A stretch of 63,440 nt of DNA, counting the filler, from Chiloscyllium plagiosum (taxonomy: Eukaryota), in assembly GCF_004010195.1 (NCBI RefSeq). It is 4 parts of one record of this genome, joined end to end, with 100 filler letters (N's around TTAATTAATTAA, not from the genome) between each part and the next. Parts side by side here need not be neighbours in the genome. Positions count along the whole stretch, not along the records: positions 1 to 30,431 come from NC_057714.1; 3 more parts are not named here. One strand, 5' to 3'. A program made the position numbers and the translations under genes. The notes under the pieces are model-generated. The model was not told the origin of the DNA. It saw only the letters and a program-made list of their open reading frames with translations, and did no database searches. Of this stretch, positions 12,270 through 25,211 are shown in pieces; positions within the stretch are counted from its first letter, which is position 1; the number at the start of each line of letters is the position of its first letter.

Positions 12270-12815
12270 ATATAGCCATGATGCCATGGTTAAGCTACAG
12301 CTGGAAATTGTATGCAGTTCTGAAATCCATTTTATGGGATGGATATGATAACATGGGAGAGGTTGCACAAGAGATTTATCAGTTGCCTAGACTAGAGAGT
12401 TTCAGTTATGAAGAGAAATTGGATAGACTGGGATTGTTTTCCTTAAAGGAAAGGAGATTAAGAGGAGACATGATTGAGATTTTTTAAATTACGAAGGACA
12501 TAGACAGGGTGGAAGGATCAACATCAGGAGGCATAGATTTAAAGGAAGGGACTGAAGATTTAGAGCAGATGTGAGGAAAACATCATCCAGATAATGGAGG
12601 GGATCTGGACCTCACTGCCAGTAAAGGTTGTAGAGGCAGAAACCTTCAAAATATTTAAGAAGTATTTAGGTGTGCACTTGCGATGCCAAGGTGTACAAGC
12701 CTATGGACCAAGTACTGAAAAATGGGATTACAATAGTTAGATGATTGTTCTTGTCAGGCACAGATGTGATGAACTAAAAGATCTTTTACGTGCTGTAGAT
12801 CACTATGACTCTGTG
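12270..12815 (+). mobile_element. CR1 3' fragment
   Basis: LESFSYEEKLDRLGLFSLKERRLRGDMIE; tail ctatgactct. Confidence 0.85.
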
Positions 12816-13688
12816 ACAATCAGTGTGAAAACTGAAACTGGAAAGCACTTGGAGTACATGAATGAATGAGCGAGAAAGCTAATGTGGCTTAAACAGATGT
12901 GCAGGTAGACTGGGAAGCATTTGATCTGGACAGGTAATCAAATCGTTTCGGAAAGACTCACTGGGTAAGCTGGATATAGAAGCACCTGAATTGAGAGGGT
13001 ATAGGTCAGCAAGAGAATGAGTGAGTTATTACACTGGGAAAGGTAAGGAAAAGCCAGGAAACCATAGACCGGTGAGCCTGATGTTGGTGGTGGGCAAGTT
13101 GTTGGAGGAAATCCTGAGGGACAGGATTTATATGCATTTGGAAAGGCAACGACTGATTAGGGTTGTCAACATGGCTTTGTGGTGGGAAATCATATCTCAC
13201 TAACATGATTGAGATTTTTGAAGAAGTAATGAAGAGGAGTGATGAGGGCAGAATGGTGGACGTGACCTATCTGGACCTCAGAAAGGCATTTGACAAGATT
13301 CCTCATGGTAGACTGGTTAGCAAGGTTAGATCCTCTGGCAGCTCATTGGCTGTCCTTGATCTAACCTGCTCACTACTTCCTCAAAGAATTCCAGCAGATT
13401 TGTCAGGCATGACCTCCCCTTGATGAAGCCATGCGGACTTTGCCCTATTTTACCACACTTCCAAGTATCCAGAAATCTCATCCTTCACAATGGATTCCAT
13501 ATCTTACCCACAACTGAGGTGAGTCAAATCAGTCTGTAATTTTCTGTCTTTTGCCTTATTGCCTTTTTAAACAAGGGTGTCATGTTAGCGATTTTCCTGT
13601 CCTCTGGGACCCTTCCTGACTCTAGTGATTCCTGAAAGATCACCACTAATGCCTCCACTATCTCTTCAGCTATCTCCCTCAGAACTCC

Positions 13689-13956
13689 CAGGTTCAATTC
13701 CCGTCTCAGGCAATCTGTGCGGAGTTTGCACATTCTCCCCGTGTCTAAGTGAGTTTCCTCCAGGTGCCCCGGTTTCCTCTGAAACTCCAAAGATGTCAGG
13801 TGAATTGGGTGTGCTAGATTGCCCATAGTGTTAGGTGCATTAGTCAGGGGTAAATATAGGCTAGGGGAATGGGTCTGGGTGGGTTACTCTTTGGCGGGTG
13901 GGTGTGGACTTGTTGGACTGCAAGGCCTATTTCCATACTGTAGGGAATCTAATCTA
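13689..13956 (+). mobile_element. HE1-like SINE, 5' truncated
   Basis: ggttcaattccc B box, V-domain, (aatct)n tail. Confidence 0.85.
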
Positions 13957-14341
13957 AACCCTGGAGTGTCGTCCATCTGGTCCAGTTAATTTATCCACCT
14001 TCCTGCCAGTCAGTTTTTTGAACACTTTCTCCTTGGTGATGGCCACCACACACAGTTCTGCCCCTTCACTGTCTTGAATTTTGGGATATTATTCGTGTCT
14101 TCCACTGTGAAGACTGACATAAAGTAATTACTCGGTTCCTCAGCCCTTTCCTTGTTCCCCACTACTATCTCTTCAGTGTCATTTTCCAGTGGTCCAATAT
14201 CCACTTTTGCCTCTCTTTTGCCCTTTATATATCGAAAGAAACTCTTACAGTCCTCTTTTATACTACTGGCTAGCTTACACTCATATTTAATCTTCTCCCC
14301 CCTTATTTTTTTTTTTGTTGCCCTCTGATGGTCTTTGTAAG

Positions 14342-14603
14342 GTTAGAGAAAATGAGGATTGCAGATACTGGAGATCAGAAGGGCAGTGGGAAACCAGAGG
14401 ATTGGGAAACTTACAAACATCAGAGTGTAGTGCTGGAAAAGCACAGCAGGTCAGGCAGCATCGGAGGAGGAGAATTGATGTTTTGGGCAAATGCCCTTCA
14501 TTAGGAACCCTCATTCCTGATGAAGGGCTTTTGCCTCAAACCTTGATTCTCCTGCTCCTCAGATGCTGCCTGACCTGCTGTGCTTTTCTAACACTACACT
14601 CTG
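14342..14603. mobile_element. PLE fold-back element containing an inverted copy of its flank
   Basis: Inverted arms around 14490-14515; TSD tggtctttgtaag at 14329-14341 and 14602-14614. Confidence 0.82.
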
Positions 14604-16279
14604 GTCTTTGTAAGCTTCCCAAACCTCTGGTTTCCCACTGCCCTTCGCCACATTGTATACTTTCTCTTTTGCTTTTATGCTTTCCCTGACTTCCCTAGTC
14701 AGCCATGCTTACCTCATCCTCTCTTATCACACTTCTTTTTCCAAGGAATGAATCTCTGCTGTGTCTCCTGAGTTACTCCAAGAAACCCCTCCCATTGCTG
14801 TTCCACTGTCTTTCCCATGAGGCTCCTCTCCCAGTCAGTTCTACCCAGCTCCTCCCTCATGCCTCTATCGTTGCCTTTATTCAGCTGTTATACCATTACC
14901 TCTGATTCTATCTTCTCCCTCTCAAATTGCAAGGTAAATTCTATTATATTATGATCATGGCTTCCTAAGAGTTCCTTCACCTTAAGCTCTCTTATCAAGT
15001 CTGCCTCACTGCACAACACTAAATTCAGTATTGACTGTTCCCTAGTGGGCCCCACCACAAGCTGCTCCAAAAAGGCATCTCCACAAATTCCTTTTCTTGC
15101 CATCCACTACCAACCTGATTTTCCCAGTCCACATGCATTTTGAAATCCCTGATGATCACTGTAACTTTGCCTTTCCTATACATCGTTTCTATCTCTTGGT
15201 GTATCTTGTACCCCACTCCTGACTACTGTTTGGAGGCCTGTATCTAACTCCAACTGTTTTTTTTTACGTTTGTGGTTCCTCAATTCAACCCACATAGATC
15301 CCATCTGACCCTGCTTTTTCTCTTACTATTGATTTAATGTCATTTCTTACAAATAAGGCAACCCCCACGCCCTCTGCCCACCTGCCTGTCTTTTCAAAAG
15401 GATGTATGTCCTCAAATATTCAGCTCCCAATCCTGATCCCCCTTCAGCCAAATCCCACTGCATGCCTACCACATCATACCTGCCAATTTCGATCTGCGCC
15501 ATAAGCACATTTACCTTATACTGCGTGCATTCAGACTTACACACTTAATGGTAAGGTCCTGGGTGGGGCTGCTGAACAAAGAGACCTTGGAGTGCACGTT
15601 CATAATTCCTTGAAAGTGGAATCACAGGTAGATAAGATAGTGAAGAAGGCATTTGGTGTGTTTGCCTTTATTGGTCAGAGCACTGAGTATTGAAGTTGGG
15701 AGATCATGTTGGAGCTGTGCAGGACATCAGTTAGGCCACAATTGGAATACTGCATGCAATTCTGGTCTCTATGTTATAGGAAGGATGTTGTGAATCTTGA
15801 AAGCATTCAGAATAGATTAACAAAGATATTGCCAGGATTGGAGGGTCTAAACTACAGGGAGAGTTTGAATCGACTAAATACTCAAGGTCTTTTTCCTGGG
15901 GTGGAGGAGTCCAAACAAGAGGGCATAAGTTTAAAGTGAGAGGGGAAAGATTTAAAAGGGATCTTAGGGGCAACTTTTTCACGCACAGGGTGGTATGTAT
16001 GGAATGAGCTACCAAAGAAAGTGGTGGAAGCTGGTTCAATTACAACATTCAAAAAGCACCTGGATGGGTAAATGAATAGAAAGGATTTAGTGAGATATGG
16101 GCCAAGTGCTGGCAAATGGGACTAGATTAATTTAGGATATTTGGTTGGCATGGATGAGTTGGACTGAAGAGTCACCTCTATGACTCTTAAGTGAAAAGGA
16201 TAGATATAGACAAATAAGAAGAAAGAGCTCTGAGACTGTGGGATGAGTGTGTGGAAGATCAGGAAGCACATAAATGAGT

Positions 16280-17361
16280 GTGCCATCAAGTTAAAAAATT
16301 CACTTTGATATCCACCTTTCATGGCCAAAGGATTTTGTTTGAACTGTAGTCTTTCCTTGTTGCTGTGGAGTAGGCGAAGGATGATGACCAACTTTATGGT
16401 GCACCTAAAGCGGGGAAGGATGCTCCATAATGTTTCCCAATTGACAGTGCCATGGCTTTTCAATGGTCAACAGCAAGGAGATTACCCTGTAGTTACCACA
16501 GTCAGACTGATTCCCTTTTTTGAAAATACTTATGGCTGTGGCATCTCGGAACTCTCCTGGGACTCTATCCTCCTTCCAGATAAGACAGGCAAGGGTGTGT
16601 AGCTGCAGCAGGAGCTTTTTGCCTCTGCACTTCAATGCCTCAGCAGGGATACCATCTGCTGCAGCAGTCTTGTTGCTCTTAAGCTGGTGGATGGCCTTCT
16701 CTACATCAGATCCAACACCAAGATCATGGTTTACAGAACTGTGGTCGTTCCTGTCCTCCTATATGGCTGTGAGATGTGGACTGTCTACGCAGCCGCCTCA
16801 AGGCACTGGAGCACCAATGCTGCCTACGCAGGATCCTGTGAATCCATTGGGAATAAAGATACACCAACACCGGCATCCTCAACCAGGCCAAAATCCCCAG
16901 CATCGAGGCACTGACCACCCTTGATCAGCTACAATGGGCTGGACACGTCATCTGCAAGATTGACACAAGATTCCCCAAGCAGGTGCCCTGCTCCCAGCTT
17001 CAAAATGGCATACAAGCTCCAGGAGGACTGGGAAAGTGCTTCAGTGATACCGTCAAGGCCTCAATGGCAAAGTGGGGCATTACCACAAATTCCTGGGAAT
17101 CACTGGCCCAAGACTGTTCAAAGTGGAGGAGGTGCATTCAGGAAGCCATCGAGCACCTCGACTCTTGCCGTCAGGTGAAAACAGCAAAAGGAGCTCAATG
17201 CCACACCAATGCCCCACTCACCCCTTCGTGACCACCACCTGCCCAAGTGTAACAGAGCCTCTGGTAGCTGTATCAGTCTGTATAGCCACCTACAGACTCA
17301 CCCTGAGAGTGGAAGAGAGTCACCCTCATCTGCAAAGCACAGCCGACGATGATGTTGATGA
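16280..17361. mobile_element. RTE-clade LINE with an inverted 5' part
   Basis: Minus strand: IFKKGNQSDCGNYRVISLL and LWSILPRF. Plus strand: TKIMVYRTVVVPVLLYGCEMWT, ending in a (GAT)n-like tail. Confidence 0.8.
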
Positions 17362-17750
17362 GTTTTCCCTTCCATCACACACGTTTGCTGATGATTGCAC
17401 AATTTTCAGTAACAGGCTCGATTTCTCAGGTGCTGAAGCAGTGCGTTTCCATATATGGCAAGACCTATACAATGTCCAGCCTTGAACTGATAAGAAGCAA
17501 GTAACTCCAGTGTGATGGAATACTGTCCACTTGCCTGGATGGGTACAGCACCCACAATGCTCAAAATGTTTCTCACAATCCAAGGCAAAATAGCCTGTTT
17601 GATTGGCATCCCATCCACCACCTGCAACATTCACTTTCTTCATTGCAACAACTCATCATGGCTCTGTGAAGTGCCTTCTAAACCCTCAACTTCTATCACC
17701 TAGAAAGTCTAGGGCAGCAGAAAAATTGGAACACCATCATAAATTTCAGG
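17362..17750 (+). mobile_element. L2-like LINE fragment
   Basis: FADDCTIF, MEYCPLAWMG. Confidence 0.7.
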
Positions 17751-17969
17751 AAATCTTTTTTTTGCCTCATGAGTACATAATGCACTGAAGTAGACCATTT
17801 TGATCTGCAATACCCTTAATTGTGAAACCTTCAGGGGTGATAGCTTCAAAAGATTCAAAAGCAAGATATGTATGCAGGTGTATTTCTCCAACAAACATAT
17901 TCTGTGAATCTCACCTTTTGCATTGGGTTTCCATCATTAACTATGTATCAACTGGACAAGAATTGTTGT

Positions 17970-18095
17970 TCTGATAAAGAGTCATCTGGACTCAAAATAT
18001 TAGCTTGCTGTCTCTCCATGGTTGCTGCCTGGCTTGCTGTTATCTCCAGCATTTCTTTTGTTGTCAGGACCGATTCCAGCATCTGTAGTAACTTG
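17970..18095 (+). mobile_element. PLE pseudo-LTR fragment (GAGTC-stem family), degenerate hammerhead
   Basis: ctgataaagagtcatctggactcaaaatatt...cagcatctg. Confidence 0.7.
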
Positions 18096-18571
18096 CCTCT
18101 ACAACAAAAACTGTGATGTTTCTTTTTCTATTTGCAGTTCATAAAATGAAGATACTACTAATAATTATTATCTAACAAGGTAACTTACTTTAACTTTTAA
18201 TAGTGCTGTATATTGCTCACAGTAGAGAGTGGACTTGGGTTTATATTTGGAGCGAATTACTGCAGATGCTGTAACCTGTCCTGAAAACAAATATGTCGTC
18301 CCTATACCTGTGAACATCTATGCCCATTCAGCTTTTGAAAGTTCTTGCCTAATATCAAAATTGGCCTTCCTCCAATTTAGAACTTCAATTTTTAGTTCTG
18401 GTCTATCCTTTTCCATCACTATTTTGAAACTAATAGAATTATGATCACTGGCCCCAAAGTGCTGCCCCACTGACACCTCAGTCACCTGCCCTGCCTTATT
18501 TCCCAAGATTCTGGATCAGTGGTGCTGGAAGAGCACAGCAATTCAGGCAGCATCCAAGGACAGGCAAAATC

Positions 18572-18599
18572 GACGTTTCGGGCAAAAGCCCTTCATCAG
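18572..18599 (-). ncRNA. Minimal type I hammerhead ribozyme core
   Basis: Reverse complement reads CTGATGA A GGGC TTTT GCCC GAAA CGTC. Confidence 0.8.
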
Positions 18600-19072
18600 G
18601 AATAAAGGCAGAGAGCCTGAAGCGTGGAGAGATAAGCTAGAGGAGGGTGGGGGTGGGNNNNNNNNNNNNNNNNNNNNNNNNNNNNNNNNNNNNNNNNNNN
18701 NNNNNNNNNNNNNNNNNNNNNNNNNNNNNNNNNNNNNNNNNNNNNNNNNNNNNNNNNNNNNNNNNNNNNNNNNNNNNNNNNNNNNNNNNNNNNNNNNNNN
18801 NNNNNNNNNNNNNNNNNNNNNNNNNNNNNNNNNNNNNNNNNNNNNNNNNNNNNNNNNNNNNNNNNNNNNNNNNNNNNNNNNNNNNNNNNNNNNNNNNNNN
18901 NNNNNNNNNNNNNNNNNNNNNNNNNNNNNNNNNNNNNNNNNNNNNNNNNNNNNNNNNNNNNNNNNNNNNNNNNNNNNNNNNNNNNNNNNNNNNNNNNNNN
19001 NNNNNNNNNNNNNNNNNNNCCCCACCCTCCTCTAGCTTATCTCTCCACGCTTCAGGCTCTCTGCCTTTATTC

Positions 19073-19100
19073 CTGATGAAGGGCTTTTGCCCGAAACGTC
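19073..19100 (+). ncRNA. Minimal type I hammerhead ribozyme core
   Basis: CTGATGA A GGGC TTTT GCCC GAAA CGTC; palindromic ACGT stem III; predicted cleavage after GUC. Confidence 0.8.
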
Positions 19101-22100
19101 GATTTTGTCTGTCCTCGGATGCTGCCTGAATTGCTGTGCTCTTCCAGCACCACTGATCCAGAATCTGGTTTCCAGCATCTGCAGTCATTGTTTTTACTTA
19201 TTTCCCAAGAGTAAGTCAAGTTTTGCACCTTCTCTAGTAGGTACATCCACATACTGAGTCAGAAAATGTTCTTGTAGACACTTAACAAATTCTTCTCCAC
19301 CCTTAACACTATGGCAGTGCCAGTCTATGTTTGAAAAGTTAAAATCCCCGACCATAACTACCCTATTATTCTTAAAGATAACTGAGATCTCTTCACAAAT
19401 TTGTTTCTCAATTTCCCTCTGACTATAATACAATCCCAATAAGGTGATCATCCCTTCCTTATTTCTCAGTTCCACCCAAATAACTTCCCTGGATGTATTT
19501 CCAGGAATATATTCTCTCAGTACAGCTGTAATGCTATCTTTTATCAAAAACGCCACTCCCCCTCTTCTTTTGCCTCCCTTTCTATCCTTCCTGTAGCATT
19601 TGTATCCTGGAACATTAAGCTGCCAGTCCTGTCCATCCCTGAGCCATGTTTCTGTAATTGCTATGCTATCCCAGTCCAATGTTCCTAACCATGCCCTGAG
19701 TTCATCTAACTTCCTTGTTAGGCCTCTTGCATGGAAAAAAATGCAGCTTAATTTATCAGTCCTACCTTGTTCTCTGCTTTGTCCCTGCCTGCCCCGACTG
19801 TTTGACTCACCTTTATTCTCAACTGTACCAGTCTCAGATTTAAATCTTTCCTCATTAGCTCCTGGGTCCCACCCCCTTCACCTTACTAGTTTAAATCGTC
19901 CCGAGCAGTTCTAGTAAATTTCCCTGCCAGTATATCGGTCCCCTTCCAATTTAGGTGCAATCCATCCATCTTGTACAGGTCACTTCTACCCCAAAACAGC
20001 TGCCAATGATCCAAAAATGTGAATCCTTCTCCCATACACCAGCTCCTCAGCCATGCATTCATCTGCTCTATCCTCCTATTCCTGCCCTCACTAGCTTGTA
20101 GCACTAGGAGTAATCCAGATATTACTACTCTCAAGGACCTCCTTTTTAATTTCCTGCCTAACTCTCTGTAATCTCCCTGCAGAATCTCAACCTTTTCCCT
20201 TCCTATGTCGTTGGTTCCAATGTGTATAATGACCTCCTGCTGGTCCCTCTCCCCCTTTAGAACATTCTGCACCCTCTTTGAGACATCCTTGATCCTGGCA
20301 CCAGGGAAGCAATACACTATTCTGATTTTTCGCTGTTGGCCACAGAAATGTCTGTCTGTACCTCGGACTAGAGACTCCCCTAACACAATCGATCGCTTGA
20401 AACCTGATGTACCTCTCACTACATTAGAGCCAGTCTCAGTACCAGAAACTTGGCTGTTCGTGCTACATTCCCCTGAGAATCCATCACCCTCTACGTTTTC
20501 CAAAACAGCATACCTGTTTGAAATGGGGACAGCCACACAAGACTCCTGCACTACCTGCCTATCTCTTACCTTTCCTGGAGTTAACCCATCTATGTGACTG
20601 TATCTGAGATTTTGCCCCCTTCCTATAACTGCCATCCATCATATCCCCTTGCTGTTGTAAATTCCTCATTGCTGCTAACTGCCTCTCCAACCGATCCATT
20701 CAATCTGATAGGATTCGCAACCAACGGCATTTATTGCAGATATAATCCTCAATAATCCATAAACTCTCCCTAAACTCCCACATCCAACAAGAAGAGCATA
20801 TCACTCTACTAAAGGCCATTTTTGCTTCTTTGAATCTACAGACCCAGAAAATAGCACTGTCTTATTCCTCTACAAAACACTGCTTCAGGTTAAATTAGTA
20901 CATATGGCTTATATTTTAAGCTTAATCAAGAGACATAGCTTAATAAAACATATAATCAAGAATGAACTCACTCTACTCACTACTGCAGACTTATTTTAAG
21001 TGACCACTCCCAGACAGGTTCCTCCAAGATCAGTTGTGAATTTGACTGTTTTTTAATTTTCCCAGAGGCACTCTGATGTCCAGCGATACATGAATTCAAC
21101 AGCAAAGATAGTAACTGCTACCTCTGACAGTTAGCAATGTGGGTTTCATTCTCTCTCTCTCTCGCCCCCACCACCCCCACTGACCTCCCCACGTGCTTCC
21201 TTTATCTGTTCTTCTCCCTTTTAAAAGTGCTGTCGTTTTGACTTTTTTATCCCCCAAAGTTCCAGAACAATGCAACAACATATAAAACAGTAATTGCTGC
21301 TCCTGGAATTTGAGGAAATCACCTCTAACACCTAAAATACCTCAAAAAGGAGCACATGTTACAGCCAGAAATTTTTCCCATCCTCCATCTTGGATTACCC
21401 AAGATCCTTGTCTTGGTTCACAATTTGAAGATGTTGAACTCAATATTAAGTCCAGAAGGTTGTAAAGTGTCTAGTCAGAAGATGAGATGTTGTTCCTCCA
21501 GTTTGCACTGTGATTCACTGGAGCTCAGCTTGCTAAGGACAGATAATTGGGCATGCGAGCAGGATGGTGTGTTAAATTGGCCAGCTACAGGAAGGTCCAT
21601 GTCATGCTTGTGTACAGACTGGAGGTGTTTTGCAAAGTGGCCACTCAGTCTGCGTTTGGTTTCTCCAATGTAGGGTAGGCCACATTGGGTGCAGTGAACA
21701 CAATACACAAGAGTGGAGGAGGTACAGGTGAAATGCTGCTTCACTTGGAAAGACTATTTAGGCCCTTGGATGGCGAGCAGGGAGGAGGTGAAGGGGCAGG
21801 TGTTGCATGGCAAGGTACCATGAGAAGGGGGTTTGGTGTTGGTGGTCATGGAATGGACTCAGGTGTCCAGGAGGGAATGATCCCTGTAAAATGCAGACGG
21901 GGGAGTGAGGGGAAGATGTGTTTAGTGGTGTCATTCTACTGGAGTTGGCTGAAATGGTGGAGAATGATCCTTTGAATGCAGAGGCTGGTGTGATGAAAAA
22001 TAAGAACAAGAGGGACCTGATCACGGTGTTGAGAGTGATGGGAAGGGGAAAGGGTGGAAGCACGTGTGATAGATTGGATGCTGTTGAAGGCCACGTCAAC

Positions 22101-24289
22101 CACAGTGGGCGGGAAACTATGGTTACGGATGAAGCTCTGTTTTGGAAGGTGGCATCATCCGAACTGATGCGACACAGGCGAAGGAACTGGAAGAGTGGGA
22201 TAGAATCCTTGCAGGATGTGGGTGGGAAGAGTTGTGGTGAAGGTAGCTATGGGAGTCAGAGGCTTTGTAGTGGATGGCAGTGGACAGATTATTCCCGAAA
22301 ATGGAGACAGAGAGGTCAATGGAAAGGAAGGGATGTGTCGGAAATGGATGATGTGAAAGTTATAGAGGGGTGGAAATTCGAGGCAAAATGAACAAATCTT
22401 TCAACGTCCTGGCAGGAGTATGAAGCTGCACCAAATTGGTCACCGATGTATCGATAAGAGTTCGATAGGGTGCCAGTGTAGGATTAGAACAAGGATTGTT
22501 TCACATACCCCCATAAACAGGCAGTCATAACTGGGACCCAAAAGGTGCCCATAGTCACTTGTTTGACTTACCAGAAGTGAGATGAATTAAAGGAGGAATT
22601 GTTCAGTGAGAGACCAATTCAGCTAGGCAGAGGAAAATGGTGGGGGATGGGGAGTGCTCAGGTCTCTGGTCAAGGAAAAAGCTGAGAGCTTGCAGATTGT
22701 CCTGGTGGGGCATGGAGGTATTGAGGGATTGGACATCCATGGTGAACAGGAAGCAATTAGGGTCAGGGGAACTGTAAATTGTCAATATGGTGGAGTGCCC
22801 ATCAGAGAAATCGCGAATGTAGGTCAGCAAGGTCTGGACAAGTGGAGAGAGGATGGAGTCAAGTTAGGAGGAAATGAGCTCAGTGGGGCAGGACAGGCTG
22901 ATATGATGGGCCTACTGGGTGCAGTCTGATTTGTGGATTTTGGGAAGGAAGTAGAAACAGGCAGTTTGGAGTTGAGAGACTACGAGGTTGGTGGCAATGG
23001 GGGTAAGATCTCTGGAGGTAATGAGGTCAATGACAGGTCTGCAACAATGGCTTGATGTTTGGATGTGGGGTCATAATCCGGGGGCAGTAGGAAGAAGTGT
23101 CCGAGAGATAGTTTTGAGCCTCCGCAGGGTAAAGCTCAGTGCACCAAACTACAGTGGCACCACCTTTGTTGTTGGGTTTGATAGCAAGGTTAGGGTTGTA
23201 ACTAAGAGAGTTAAGTGCTGCAATTTCAGAAGGATAAAGGTTAGAATGGGTGAGAGGAGCAGAGAAATTGAGACAGTTGATGTCATGTCGGCAGCTTTCA
23301 ATGGAGAGATCGAGGGCAAATAAGAAGCCGGGGGAAGGGGTCCAAGTAGAGGGTGAATACTGGAGGCAGTGAAATGGAAAGCAACAAAGATGTACACAGT
23401 GAAAGAGGCAATCAAAATTCCTGTCAGAGGAAAGAGCACAACCAAGGAACTCACTATTGACTTTCGACAGGATGTTACTCATGCCCCCCGTACACATTAA
23501 TAGCACAGAGGTGGAACAAGTGGGATCAGTGGAACTGCCGAGGAGGGATGTGGGGAGCGTGGATGGGTGGAATCCTGCCTGATGAAGTGAGGGTAGAGAT
23601 GGAGCAAAAACAGTTCAACATAATGACGAGCTTGAAATTTATTAAGGTGGTCCCTTAAAGATATGAGGCTGAATCCTTTGCTGAGGACAGTATGTTCAGA
23701 CTCTGAAACAGGAAGGTCAGGCGGTATGGTGAAAACATGGCAAGGGCTGGGGTTAGGGGAAGTGGCCTCGAGGAGACAGAAAATGATGGCATCTGGGGGC
23801 CGGAAAGTGATGACTGCCAAAGGATGGCCTGCAGGACGGATGTTGGAGTGCATATGCTGCTGGAGCTCGTGTGCCTTGATGTGCCAAAGAAAAAGTCTTT
23901 TGTTGAGGCAATGTACGAGGTGAAGGATAATGTGTGACTGGGGAACCATGCAGCTTTGAAAGAGAATGAGTCAATATTGCTGTAGAGTGGAGTCATGTGT
24001 GCATATATGATGACGCATGGCATTGATTGTGGATCCCAGGATGCAATGGGAGCAGCAGTTTGAAGAATACTGTATGTCCTGGAGATACTTGTACTCCTGG
24101 GTGGATTCGAAACACGAAGGGTGAAACTTGAATTGAAATCCATGCAGGGTCGTTCTGAGTCATTGGTAGTTGCTGAGAAGGGAAACATGGCTATAGAAGC
24201 GGGTTTTGGCAAACACCTTGTGGAACACCAGCAGTGAAATGGAAACAAAGATTTAAAGAGGCAATCGAAATTCCTGTCAGAGGAAAGAG

Positions 24290-25032
24290 CAAAACCAAGG
24301 AACTCACTACTGACTTTCGGCGGGATGTTACTCATACCCCCCCTACATATTAACAGCACAGAGGTGGAACGAGTGGAGAGTGTCAAGCTCCTGGGAGTGG
24401 TCATCCACAACAAGCTTTCTTGGACTCTTCATGTGGATGCACTGGTTACAAAGGCCCAACAATGTCTCTTCTTCCTCAGGCAGCTGAGAAAATTTGCTAT
24501 GAAGGCAAATACCCTTGCCAACTTTTATAGGTGCACCACTGAGAGCATTCTGTCTGGATGTATCACTACCTGGTATGGCAACTGTACCATTCAAGATCAG
24601 AGACAATTACAGAGAGTGGTGAAATAGGCCCAGACAATCACAAAGGCCAACCTCCCATCTATAGAATCCAGGCCCACTGTCAAGGAAAGACTGCCAGCAT
24701 TCTCAAAGATCCATCCCACCCTGGCAATGCTTTCCTACAACCTCTACCATTGGGGAGAAGGTACCGAAGCCTGAACACAACCACCAGCCAGTTTCAAAAC
24801 AGTTTCAACCCTACTGTTAGAATACTGAATGAACTCACAAACTCTTCTCATTTGCCTGTACCTGTGTTTTTATTTTGCTGTTAAGTAAATAATAGGTAAA
24901 CAACAGCAAAATAGTTAAACAGCAAACCTATGCTATTTAACTATGTGGTCTGCCTATATTGCTCGCAAGACAAAGCTTTTCACTGTGCTTCGGTACATGT
25001 GACAATAAATTCAATTCAATTCAATTCAATTC
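24290..25032 (+). mobile_element. Rex1/Babar-type LINE 3' fragment nested in the PLE
   Basis: KLLGVVIHNKLSW...KAQQCLFFLRQLRKF...ESILSGCITTWYG; (TTCAA)n tail. Confidence 0.85.
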
Positions 25033-25180
25033 TTCAAGGTAGGCATTCCTCGAAGAGACATGGCAGTCGGTTAAACACAATGTAGGAGCAAATTACTGCA
25101 GATGCTGGAATCTGTACTGAAAACAACAAATGTTGGAAATCACAGCAGATCAGACAGCATTCATGGAGAGAGAGCAAACT

Positions 25181-25211
25181 AACGTTTCGAGTCTGGATGA
25201 CTCTTCGTCAG
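25181..25211 (-). ncRNA. Hammerhead core, GAGTC-stem family
   Basis: Reverse complement reads CTGACGA A GAGTC ATCCA GACTC GAAA CGTT. Confidence 0.75.

Larger units (their letters stand above)
13030..16190. mobile_element. CR1 cluster: + RT fragment (13030-13330), - APE/RT fragment (~13345-15535), + 3' end (15536-16190)
   Basis: KPGNHRPVSL and YLDLRKAFDKIPH (+); SHDHN and RDFK (-); RPQLEYCMQFWS and tail (+). Confidence 0.85.
18509..19196. mobile_element. Young PLE fold-back insertion, centre unsequenced
   Basis: Near-perfect inverted arms either side of an N gap; TSD cttatttcccaaga at 18495-18508 and 19197-19210. Confidence 0.9.
18305..21400 (-). mobile_element. CR1 LINE 5' half with probable true 5' end, ORF1 pseudogene and APE domain
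   Basis: Starts GGGTAATCCAAGATGG. ORF1 ATG at 20819 (MAFSRVICSSC...YICNKC, premature TGA), then GESLVR, HIGTND, DGLH; APE motifs ITETWL, GDFN, SDHN. Confidence 0.9.

Noticed and set aside
17765..17905. Protein-like short minus ORF MFVGEIHLHTYLAFESFEAITPEGFTIKGIADQNGLLQCIMYS
   Set aside because: No convincing splice sites and no recognisable homology.
18138..18179. Plus-strand 42-nt exon-like segment (tttgcag|...AAG|gtaact)
   Set aside because: Stops in all three frames and no partner exon; could be non-coding but unsupported.
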